Part shown: piece by piece, positions 17,701 to 25,936 of the stretch
How positions within the stretch are numbered: position 1 is the first letter of the stretch
Layout of the letters: every line of letters begins with the position of its first letter
DNA from: a virus
DNA: 64,000 nucleotides
Direction: 5' to 3' (one strand)
Virus record (IMG/VR): IMGVR_UViG_3300012920_000025
Location: 1-64,000 of that record
Notes under the pieces: model-generated
Seen by the model: only the letters and a program-made list of their open reading frames with translations
Told to the model about the DNA's origin: nothing
Databases searched by the model: none
Made by a program: the position numbers and the translations under genes

Positions 17701-18446
17701 CAGGATCTTACGTACTTAGATTTACTTCTGGTTCAACGAACTCTACTGTTACGGGTAAAGCATCTGGTGGTAGCAATCCGCAGAACAATACGTATGCACC
17801 TATTACAAATGGCCGGGCCCAACTTGTAATTGTTGAGAGCACCGGTAGTCAAAGTTATATCTTCCACTTGGCGGATGGCGGTTCATCACCTCTACCAGTA
17901 AGTGCTAGTATTAACTTAGACTTCAGTGACCTCAATCCTGGCAAAAAGCGTTTTGATATTCCTGTTGAAGCAAGAGCGAATATCAATGACTGGAGAGATG
18001 TTGTGACTAACCTGAAGAACAAGATGATTGGAGAATTGCAGCACAGTGCGTCGCTGGCAACTATATCATATAGTCCTGCAGCAAGCATCAATGCAACTGC
18101 TTCAATCACTGTAACTTATGGTGCGGGCACTACAGAGGGTAATGTTCAGATTGGTACTGGTTTCACCAGGTCCAATAACTCTGGTAAATTTACTTCTACT
18201 TTTAGCGGTGAATTATTCCCAGCATCGAACTTCCCAGCGCCACTTGAGTCTAGGTTGCAAGCAGGGCAGAACCATGACTACAAGGCATCTGGTATACCAG
18301 ACGTCTCAGGTGGTGAGGTAACAATCGCAACCTCTGGTTCAACCTTAATCGCTGGAACTGAGATATTCTTGTCTGAAAATCTTGCAATGGATTCGGACGA
18401 TGTTCTTGTAGTTCAATACCTATCTGGTTCACACAGATTTGGTTAA
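14766..18446 (+). CDS. Fibre-like structural protein (paralog B) with two inserted ~210-aa domains
   Basis: Colinear with 12410..14683 (ISKIRSDGVHLTASDGGK, EGAGLQIGGTAGSGSAGIASV, MDSDD.LVVQYLSG) plus a duplicated QPG...HDYK.SG.PD.SGGE module. Confidence 0.7.
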   Translation: MAITKIGTKLIGDGTITTVKLGTSAVTRTDIQSGSVQVTHLDVTQGAGGHVDFLDDDFLIAGDATDSSAKSFSFSQLKTALSLSNAARGDEGTVQFNNGSGFDGISKIRSDGVHLTASDGGKIVLAFTDISGSTGEIFADSKTGLTLSAKTRLSLHSSGTVQGNQSGSVELRADGLFPSPKPQVAAQPGTFRIQFTSGSIGPQSSGNPKTYGPLKEYSAQMVSVLSTGSGASLGKEWYLFYLNQASSPSPIPISASLNLEYNDVAPGKRRHDISVEAVSGITDWRDVVANLYTAMNTELDTNADVATVALSTAANINATASITVTYKAGTMQGAVAVGTGGQGISPNGSGFGRGTSAGGLSPSSPFDETPPSNNPAPIEGQFQQDNHDYKQSGEPDTSGGEMIVVASGSTAQDRDEVWLNLGASSTKYNEVYASVISGSGTAQLHKVDADEVTANRIVQSTKETELSGSGTASLHNLSVEEGTFGGVKFSSVRDSAAYAATGSGTANLHKIDADLGTIDRVSALVVTGSGVSQIHKIDADLGTIDRVSSLVVTGSGTSLFHKLDVDEGDFRKVISTNVTSSGLAQLHNMVASDVSGAVGEFNQLNVDHLNARVINSTTDTVEHFEVNVKQLIPAVSQSAGASQEGAGLQIGGTAGSGSAGIASVILGDAGSGAGADLLFKVGSVQGASLSGSANEPLQRFGVSGSISGSIGVFHEITINKSMGAQDSIFSGSSLNAHLLSGSTGNAHFVDVNRAEVADISGSTMTYHTITGSEVNAHRVTGDVVLIADVSGSNAVYQTLSGSTLTANLLDADRLTADVDVAGAISGSALSTLHKLTSDNLSGSHIQVHGLGQYDRIDNLVVKDLQGDDVIKKASLNNDIVKNNSGIHGGIVFNNGQLSVGWKRRIFSRSTRKLVNRAQPTQGSGSLYTTCSLSEIRVLSGSEMVYFNGLLLAKSNANQATYKKDGDYRIDYNSGGGLQPGSYVLRFTSGSTNSTVTGKASGGSNPQNNTYAPITNGRAQLVIVESTGSQSYIFHLADGGSSPLPVSASINLDFSDLNPGKKRFDIPVEARANINDWRDVVTNLKNKMIGELQHSASLATISYSPAASINATASITVTYGAGTTEGNVQIGTGFTRSNNSGKFTSTFSGELFPASNFPAPLESRLQAGQNHDYKASGIPDVSGGEVTIATSGSTLIAGTEIFLSENLAMDSDDVLVVQYLSGSHRFG

Positions 18447-18456
18447 TCCCACCTAA

Positions 18457-18492
18457 AAAGGGGGGCGCTCTGCCCCCCTTTCCTTTTCTTAT
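18457..18492 (+). terminator. Rho-independent terminator
   Basis: AAAGGGGGGC-GCTCT-GCCCCCCTTT followed by a T-rich tail. Confidence 0.85.
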
Positions 18493-18584
18493 TTCTTTTC
18501 TAAACTTTTGGAGATTGAAAATACTATTTAATAGAGAGTAAAATAGTATTATTCTTAACTTTAGTTAATAAGGAGATTTCCAGT

Positions 18585-21500
18585 ATGTCTGTAAAGAAGT
18601 TTAAATTTGTATCGCCAGGTGTATTCCTAAATGAGATTGACAATTCTCAGTTGCCAAAAGCACCGAACGCAGTAGGGCCAACGATTGTAGGTCGTTTAGA
18701 GAAAGGTCCAGGTATGATTCCACTAACAGTAGAATCTATGGCACAATTTATAGAGGTTTTCGGTAACCCAATCCCAGGTGGGAAGGGAGGCGATGTTTGG
18801 AGAGACGGTAACTACACCGCTCCAACTTACGCAGCGTATGCAGCGCAAGCATTTTTAAGAAACAGCGGACCAGTCAATGTTGTTCGTCTTTTGGGTATTG
18901 AGGACCCACAAGCAGCATCAGGCGGCGAAGCAGGATTCACCCTCGACGGTGGATCTGTTGGTGATGGATCAAATCCAGCAGACAATACAAAGTCATCTGC
19001 ATATGGTTTGTACCTCTTTTCAACTGGTGGTGTCGATCAGCGTAATGGTTGGTATAAAGCGGGCGCACACAACACAGCGTCTCCGGCCGGACTGACCAGT
19101 TTGACAGGAACCCTGGCAGCAATCTGGTATTTTCAGCAAGGTGCGATAAATCTCTCTGGTGCTCTTGGTCACCTCGGCGGTCCCGAACGCGCCGACTGTG
19201 ATAAAACTGAAGCAGGGGATAACAAAGTAAGTCAAGTTACTGGTTCTCATGCTTTGATTAAATCAACAGACGTAAACACGATGGAATTTGTTGCTAACAT
19301 TTTTGACAAGGGTTCGACAACTCCAACTAGAGTGGTATTCAACTTCAACAGAGATTCAGACAAATATATCAGAAAGGTATTTAACACCAACCCAACACTA
19401 ACAAACGGTGAAGTCACACAGGCGGCCGGATTGAAAAAATATTGGTTAGGGGAGACATTTGACAGGTTTATCAAAGACCACCATGGTCTTGGTACACAGA
19501 ATGGATCACAAAACTCCCTTCACAAGGGTGCAGACGGAGGAGACGGTTCACTTTGCGCCGCTGTTGTGCCGCTATCAAAGCAGACGGTACCACAATACGA
19601 CCGCAGAGAACCAGCAAGAGACTCAGTCACCGGTTGGGTAATATCTCAGGACATTAACACAAGTCATGACGGTTTTCAACCTGAAAACATGCAAAAACTA
19701 TTTAAATTTATCGGTATTGCAGACGGTGGTTCACATTCAACAAATCTAAAGGTTTCCATTACAGATTTAAAGGTTGGAACTGATAGGGATCCATATGGAA
19801 CTTTCTCAGTCTTGATTAGAGATGTAAAAGACAACGATGGTCGACCAGTAGTATTGGAAAGATTCTCACAATGTAGTTTAAATCCAAATTCTAAGAACTA
19901 TATTGGCGCAAAGATTGGTGACCAGTATAGAGAGTGGGATGAAGCAGATAAGAGATATAGAATTTATGGCAATCACCCAAATCAGTCTAAGTTTTTTAGA
20001 GTAAAAGTGGATCAAGACGTTGATGCAGGCGTAACAGATCCTCAGTATTTGCCATTCGGTTTTGAAGGACCGATTAGGTACAAGACAGCAGGATTTAGTA
20101 CCAAGACTCATACCGGCGGAAATGATGGTTATGCATCTGCAGCAATGCAAGATCTTACAGATGTGGTTGCAGATTTTCAAAACCCTGCAAAGTCCTACTT
20201 GCCATTGGGTACAGCAGCAACAGTTGGAAAGCATGGACTTTTCGGATTACCCATAGCTGCAACGGCGTCGCTACTATATCCGACTTTACCTTTGAGACTA
20301 ACTGCATCTGCAGAAGGACTTTCCAACGCAAAAGATTCATTCTTCGGTGTTTCCACATATAGAACACCAACTGACGCTAGGTTTGATCCATCCTACGTCG
20401 ACGTCGTCCGTCGATTAGGCAATACATACGTATCAGACACGGAGTCTAACCCAGTAGCAGATCTTTCAGAGGTTTCTTTTAGATTTACCCTTGATGACTT
20501 GATTGCAATACATAAGACAGGATCTATAAGAAGTGCCAAGGGTTACCGTAGTCAGGGCGACTTTTCAGCGAATCTTATAGGTTCAGCAGTATATGCTTCA
20601 GGATCAAGAAGGGCGGGTGTTTCACACACTGCAGGACAGGGCGGATACTCAGAACTTGTTAAGTCTGGTTTTGCTAAGTTTACAATACCAGTATTCGGTG
20701 GATTTGACGGTCTTGATGTAACGGAGAAAGAACCGTTCAGAAATGCAGGTATGAGTGGCGACGAAACAACTAGTTACCAGATTGCTTCTCTCAAGAGAGC
20801 AGTCGACTCAGTTTCGGATCCAGAAGAGATTGAGATGAACGCGCTTGTATTGCCAGGCATTACAAACACGCGAGTTACCAACCAGGCAATAAGAGTTTGT
20901 GAAGAGCGGGCAGATGCACTTGCGATTATTGACATCGAGAATGGTGGATATATCCCAAGCACAGAAAATAAAGATGATTTTAAGACAAGAATTCAAAACT
21001 CAAAGGTAACAACTGCGGTTACCTCTCTAGAAAACAGAGGGTTAGACTCAAGTTATGCTTGCTGTTTTTATCCTTGGGTTAAGATTGTAGACCAGATCAG
21101 CGATTCGCAGGTTTGGGTGCCGCCTTCAGTTGCAGCACTTGGAACTTTTGGTAGCACCGAAAGAGAATCTGAGTTGTGGTTTGCTCCAGCGGGATTCACC
21201 AGAGGTGGATTGTCGGATGGCGCTGCTGGCGTACCAGTTCTTGCAGTTTCGCAGAGACTCTCTTCAAAAGAAAGAGATACACTCTACGAGGCAAACATTA
21301 ACCCAATCGCTCAGTTCCCAGCAGAAGGTATCGTAGTGTTTGGACAGAAGACTCTTCAGGTTACGCCATCGGCACTTGACAGAATCAATGTTCGTCGCTT
21401 AATGATTTTTGTAAAGAAAGAGATTTCTAGAATTGCTGCTAGACTTCTTTTCGACCAGAACGTTCAGGCAACATGGGACCGATTCCGTGGACAGGTCGAA

Positions 21501-21695
21501 CCGTTCTTGGACTCAGTCAAGTCTAGATTTGGTTTGTCAGACTTTAGAGTTATCCTTGATGATACTACAACGACGCCAGATTTGATTGACAGAAATATTA
21601 TGTATGCTAAGATCTTCTTGAAACCAGCAAGAGCAATCGAATTCATCGCAATCGATTTTGTAATCACAAATACTGGAGCATCATTCGAAGATTAA
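18585..21695 (+). CDS. Contractile tail sheath protein (gp18-like)
   Basis: FVSPGVFLNEID.S; WFAPAGFTRG; ANINPIAQF..GIVVFGQKTLQ..SALDRINVRRL; IFLKPARAIEFI. Confidence 0.97.
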   Translation: MSVKKFKFVSPGVFLNEIDNSQLPKAPNAVGPTIVGRLEKGPGMIPLTVESMAQFIEVFGNPIPGGKGGDVWRDGNYTAPTYAAYAAQAFLRNSGPVNVVRLLGIEDPQAASGGEAGFTLDGGSVGDGSNPADNTKSSAYGLYLFSTGGVDQRNGWYKAGAHNTASPAGLTSLTGTLAAIWYFQQGAINLSGALGHLGGPERADCDKTEAGDNKVSQVTGSHALIKSTDVNTMEFVANIFDKGSTTPTRVVFNFNRDSDKYIRKVFNTNPTLTNGEVTQAAGLKKYWLGETFDRFIKDHHGLGTQNGSQNSLHKGADGGDGSLCAAVVPLSKQTVPQYDRREPARDSVTGWVISQDINTSHDGFQPENMQKLFKFIGIADGGSHSTNLKVSITDLKVGTDRDPYGTFSVLIRDVKDNDGRPVVLERFSQCSLNPNSKNYIGAKIGDQYREWDEADKRYRIYGNHPNQSKFFRVKVDQDVDAGVTDPQYLPFGFEGPIRYKTAGFSTKTHTGGNDGYASAAMQDLTDVVADFQNPAKSYLPLGTAATVGKHGLFGLPIAATASLLYPTLPLRLTASAEGLSNAKDSFFGVSTYRTPTDARFDPSYVDVVRRLGNTYVSDTESNPVADLSEVSFRFTLDDLIAIHKTGSIRSAKGYRSQGDFSANLIGSAVYASGSRRAGVSHTAGQGGYSELVKSGFAKFTIPVFGGFDGLDVTEKEPFRNAGMSGDETTSYQIASLKRAVDSVSDPEEIEMNALVLPGITNTRVTNQAIRVCEERADALAIIDIENGGYIPSTENKDDFKTRIQNSKVTTAVTSLENRGLDSSYACCFYPWVKIVDQISDSQVWVPPSVAALGTFGSTERESELWFAPAGFTRGGLSDGAAGVPVLAVSQRLSSKERDTLYEANINPIAQFPAEGIVVFGQKTLQVTPSALDRINVRRLMIFVKKEISRIAARLLFDQNVQATWDRFRGQVEPFLDSVKSRFGLSDFRVILDDTTTTPDLIDRNIMYAKIFLKPARAIEFIAIDFVITNTGASFED

Positions 21696-21738
21696 AACAA
21701 GTTAGACACTACTTAATAGTGTTAGGAGGATTTTTTAT

Positions 21739-22362
21739 ATGACAACTCAAAAGTTTTGGTCAGATGCAGCAATCGAGCCAAAAAGAAAATATAGATTTTT
21801 GTTATCGTTCAATGGTATCCCACAGTGGATTGTAAAGACAACAGGGAAACCAAACTTTTCGGTAACAGAGTCAGAACACAGTTTTATTAACTACAAGTTT
21901 TACTACCCAGGAAGATTGGAGTGGGACGAGGTGAGCATCACTTTGGTCGACCCAGTAGATCCGGATGCATCACACACGATGCTTCAGTTGATCGAAAACT
22001 CTGGGTATGTTGCACCACACAACTTTTTGAATGATCCGCAGGGTCGTGGTAAAGCAAGTAACGTAGTCACCTTCTCTAAGAAGAGAGCGGTTGATGCAGT
22101 GGGTGGACGTATGTACATTCACATGATTGATGAAGACGGTGCTCCAATTGAGACATGGTCTTTGTACAATCCTTGGATTAAATCTGTCAACTTTGGTGAC
22201 TTGGATTATGAGTCAGATGAGTTGGTAAACGTTGAACTTTCTATTAGATATGACTGGGCAGACCTTGAAACAAAGGTTACCCCAAGTAGAGATCTACAGA
22301 GAGCAGCAGGATTTTCAAGCACTCAGGTGACAAATAGAAGCAACAGAGCGCCCGGTGTTTAA
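21739..22362 (+). CDS. Tail tube protein (gp19-like)
   Basis: EPKRKYRF, YYPGRLEW, GDLDYESDELVNVELSIRYDWA; follows sheath; late motif at 21709. Confidence 0.9.
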   Translation: MTTQKFWSDAAIEPKRKYRFLLSFNGIPQWIVKTTGKPNFSVTESEHSFINYKFYYPGRLEWDEVSITLVDPVDPDASHTMLQLIENSGYVAPHNFLNDPQGRGKASNVVTFSKKRAVDAVGGRMYIHMIDEDGAPIETWSLYNPWIKSVNFGDLDYESDELVNVELSIRYDWADLETKVTPSRDLQRAAGFSSTQVTNRSNRAPGV

Positions 22363-22410
22363 TAAAAAAAATATTTATTTTAGTTTATAATTTAGTTAAA
22401 GAGAGGTTAT

Positions 22411-23250
22411 ATGAGCAGAAATTCTTCAAGGGTTCAGTCGGTAGATGAACCACAAGCGCCCCAGGCGCAACAAACACAAGAAACAGTCCGCCGCACAGCA
22501 AACACAGAGTTTGTTGACCTACCGTCAGGCGGACGATTTTATCCACAAGGACATCCCCTTCACAACCAGGAGGTTGTGGAGATTCGCTTCATGACGGCGA
22601 GAGACGAAGATATTTTAACTTCGCAAACGTTGTTGAAAAAGGGTGTTGCTATCGACAAGTTGATTCAAAGCGTTATAGTGGATCAGTCCATTGATGCTGA
22701 TGATTTATTGATTGGTGACAAGACTGCGATCATGATTGCTGCTCGTATCACAGGATATGGACCAGATTATCAAGTGAATGTAACTTGTCCGAACTGTGAT
22801 TCGAAATCTGATCATCAGTTTGACCTTTCGGATTACAGCAAATACTTCATCAATTCACAAGAAGATGAAAATTTTGAGTTAACTCCTCAAGGCACTTTCT
22901 CTACGATACTACCAGTATCAAAGAGAAAGGTTGTTGTTAAGTTATTGACTTCAAATGATGAAAAAAGAGTAAGAAAGATAACAGAAGCAAAAGCAAAGAA
23001 TAGGTTGGCAGAATCAAACGCAACAGATCTGCTTAAATCGTTTATCGTTTCGATAGATGGTGTTACGAACAAAGACGAGATCGCAGTAATGGTATTAGAT
23101 CTACCTGCTCGTGACTCTTTGTTTTTAAGAAAGAACTACAGCAAACTTGTTCCTAAAGTTGAGATGATAGAGAACTATGAGTGTGTGTATTGCGGCGCAG
23201 AGACCGAAATGGAGGTCCCTCTGGGTGCCACGTTTTTTTGGCCTGGGTGA
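22411..23250 (+). CDS. Tail/baseplate hub assembly chaperone (gp26-like, Zn-ribbon)
   Basis: VDLPSGG.FYP, MTARDEDIL, CPNC...CVYC, ends FFWPG. Confidence 0.8.
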   Translation: MSRNSSRVQSVDEPQAPQAQQTQETVRRTANTEFVDLPSGGRFYPQGHPLHNQEVVEIRFMTARDEDILTSQTLLKKGVAIDKLIQSVIVDQSIDADDLLIGDKTAIMIAARITGYGPDYQVNVTCPNCDSKSDHQFDLSDYSKYFINSQEDENFELTPQGTFSTILPVSKRKVVVKLLTSNDEKRVRKITEAKAKNRLAESNATDLLKSFIVSIDGVTNKDEIAVMVLDLPARDSLFLRKNYSKLVPKVEMIENYECVYCGAETEMEVPLGATFFWPG

Positions 23251-23434
23251 CGATCACATGAAATATGTTCATGAGCAGATATTTTATCTTATTCATCATG
23301 GCAACTGGAACTATTATGACGTGTATGACCTTCCTATCAAGATTAGGTCATGGTTTGTGCAAAGATTGAGCAAACACTTCGAAGACAAAAACAAAGAAAT
23401 GGAAAAGATGCACGCCAAGAACAAGCAACGCTAA
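23234..23434 (+). CDS. gp51-like/chaperone C-terminal extension; reached either by frameshift at the T7 run or by independent ATG at 23258
   Basis: FFGL...HEQIFYLIHHGNWNYYDVYDLPIKIRSWFVQRL; overlaps the upstream stop in the +1 frame. Confidence 0.7.
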   Translation, partial: FFGLGDDHMKYVHEQIFYLIHHGNWNYYDVYDLPIKIRSWFVQRLSKHFEDKNKEMEKMHAKNKQR

Positions 23435-23458
23435 CTACTTATTAGTGGAGAATCAGAA

Positions 23459-23767
23459 ATGAAAGATGAACAACCAATCATAATCGACTTTAATAAAATA
23501 GACGAAAGTTTCCTTATAGCAATGGGCGCAAGATTGAGGTTAGTCTTAAATGCACTATTTACTGGAGAGTTTTTCCCTGTAAAAGTCAGAGGTTCCCAAT
23601 CACAAATAGACTCCTTTGTTCGAACACTTGCAGGAGAGAAAAGATATCTCTCCTCGATGTCACAGTATGGGTTAGACAATCCAAAAACATTGCGTGATAA
23701 ATACAAACTGAAAAAATCAGTTAAATCTTTTGAACGAGATACGGGTTTAGTGTGGCCTTTTAAGTAG
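23459..23767 (+). CDS. Hypothetical late protein
   Basis: SD GGAG; late motif at 23435; ends TGLVWPFK. Confidence 0.65.
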   Translation: MKDEQPIIIDFNKIDESFLIAMGARLRLVLNALFTGEFFPVKVRGSQSQIDSFVRTLAGEKRYLSSMSQYGLDNPKTLRDKYKLKKSVKSFERDTGLVWPFK

Positions 23768-23778
23768 GGGGACCCTAG

Positions 23779-25935
23779 ATGGCGTGGAACGTACAAAAAT
23801 TTCAACAACTCGCAGACCTTCTCATAACTCTTTCTGGGCAAGGCAGCAACATAGATGTAGAGTCTCAAAATTATAAAAAAGCGGAAAGATTAATAACACA
23901 ACTTTTTAATACCAGTGAAAGATCTAGGATTGCGAACATCAGTTTGTCTGAAATCTTGGATGATATGGAGAGAAGAAAGGATCTAATAGAAAAAAGAAAA
24001 TCTGTTTATCTTGAAGAAGATGAAGCCCGACGAGCAATCGTTAACGCTAATAGACGCGCCGAAGAAATGATAAGGCAAAAAATCAAGATTCTACTAACAT
24101 CAGAAGAATATTCTGAGCAAGAACTGGCAGATCTGAGAGAAGAATTTGAGTTATTAAGAAAGACAAATAAAAAAGCACAAGAGTACGACGAAGGTTTAAA
24201 AAAAGGTGCAGCTATTGCTGAATCTATATTACAATCTACCTTGGGTATTAGCAAAAATACCGTTAACGTTATGGGCGGCATAAAAGGGTTTGGTAAGGGA
24301 CTCAAAAAGTCTGTAAATGCTGCAAACATTATGGCGACGTTAGTGACGAGAGCACTTGAGATATTCTCATCTGTCGATGGCGCTGCTGCTAACCTTTTTA
24401 AAAACCAGGGGACAGACAGGTTTAAAAAAGATGTTCTTTCTGTAGGCACTGACTTATCGCTTGCGTTTACAACATCAGATTCCGCAGCGGCCGAGATGAT
24501 TGGTGAACTAAGAAATACACAAAAAACTTTTGACACTCAATCCCGTGAAGAAGTTAGAAATGCCGCACGAACCGCTGGCAAACTAAGTGCAATGGGAGTA
24601 TCTGTAAGTGCATATGCTGACTTGGGCAAATTCATGAGAGCAAACCTTGGTCAGCATATCTTGGAGCAGAATAGAACTTTGGGCAAATTCTATGATTTGG
24701 CAAAAAGCACAGAAATGTCTCCTGAGCAGGTTTTTCGAGAGGTGGCGGAATCAATACCTGTCTACTCAAGGTATGGCCGACAGTTTTCTGATGTTGTTAT
24801 TGGAATGCAACATGCAGCAAAAAGGACAAATATGAAAATGGCAGACCTAGTGACACTAACGGAGTCTTTTGACCAGTCAGAGAATGCTTATAGGCAGGCA
24901 CAAAAGTTCAATGCACTTCTTGGAGGTAACTTCCTCAATCCAGCAGCGCTATTAAGCGCAACACCACACGAAAAAGTCAGATTGATCGCAGAGGCGTATC
25001 AGTCAGCGCAGAGGAAGATAGGAGACATACATCCAGATATAGTTAGATCTCTTTACAGCAATTTCAACATGGATGCCCAGCAATTTAATAATATTGTTAA
25101 TGCTAATTTCGAAGACTTTGATGGGGAAATAAGCAAAACAGTATCCGGAACACCAAATTTAATGAAAAAACTTAATGATGATATTAAAAAATCTTTGAGT
25201 GTGGGCGATGCACTGGAGAGGTCCCTGGCAACGATGTTTAGGGCAGTTTTAAAAGATTTAATACCACACATAATGAAAATCGCAAACTTCGCCATAGAAC
25301 TTTTTAAGATTATTTTAAGATTTAGTCCTGCTGGAATGTTGTTATCAATATTAGATGGATCAGCGTTACAGTTATTTAAAGATGTTACGGGAATAACCGC
25401 AAAAGAGGAAAAACAGAAGGAAAAAGAAGAAGAAAAACGACAAGAAAACTTTTCACACGATATGTTGGCAGGACAAATGCTTGAAGATGAGGATGGTGTT
25501 TCAAGATTCCTTAACTCGCTACAGGATGTCTCTGCTGTGGGACCAACCATGGTTAGCGCCGGAGCAGCAGACCCCATGGAAATCGCCGCTGCTCATGTTT
25601 TAGATTTACATGATCAGGCGGAGTATGCCAAGCAAGAAGAGCAACAAAGATACGTTGAATCGAGAAGAACGGGAATAGCACAGAGTATGGCCGCATCAAA
25701 GATGGGTGCTTTTAATGACTCTCCGGTGGCAATGAGTACCACCAATGCTTCTATGATGGATCTTCTTCCGGCCGGAGTACCAGTCGTTGATGCCAAGATG
25801 GAAACGTCCGATAAAGACGATGTTTTGATAGGCAGACTACTTAAGTTAAGAGACAAACTACAGGAATATGGAAGTAAACAGATAAAAACTTCTATTAATG
25901 TTTCCGGTAGGAGTATAGGAGAGGTTGTAACGTAA
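23779..25935 (+). CDS. Tape-measure-like protein 1
   Basis: 718 aa helical; position after tube and chaperone; paralogous to the next gene. Confidence 0.6.
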   Translation: MAWNVQKFQQLADLLITLSGQGSNIDVESQNYKKAERLITQLFNTSERSRIANISLSEILDDMERRKDLIEKRKSVYLEEDEARRAIVNANRRAEEMIRQKIKILLTSEEYSEQELADLREEFELLRKTNKKAQEYDEGLKKGAAIAESILQSTLGISKNTVNVMGGIKGFGKGLKKSVNAANIMATLVTRALEIFSSVDGAAANLFKNQGTDRFKKDVLSVGTDLSLAFTTSDSAAAEMIGELRNTQKTFDTQSREEVRNAARTAGKLSAMGVSVSAYADLGKFMRANLGQHILEQNRTLGKFYDLAKSTEMSPEQVFREVAESIPVYSRYGRQFSDVVIGMQHAAKRTNMKMADLVTLTESFDQSENAYRQAQKFNALLGGNFLNPAALLSATPHEKVRLIAEAYQSAQRKIGDIHPDIVRSLYSNFNMDAQQFNNIVNANFEDFDGEISKTVSGTPNLMKKLNDDIKKSLSVGDALERSLATMFRAVLKDLIPHIMKIANFAIELFKIILRFSPAGMLLSILDGSALQLFKDVTGITAKEEKQKEKEEEKRQENFSHDMLAGQMLEDEDGVSRFLNSLQDVSAVGPTMVSAGAADPMEIAAAHVLDLHDQAEYAKQEEQQRYVESRRTGIAQSMAASKMGAFNDSPVAMSTTNASMMDLLPAGVPVVDAKMETSDKDDVLIGRLLKLRDKLQEYGSKQIKTSINVSGRSIGEVVT

Positions 25936-25936
25936 C

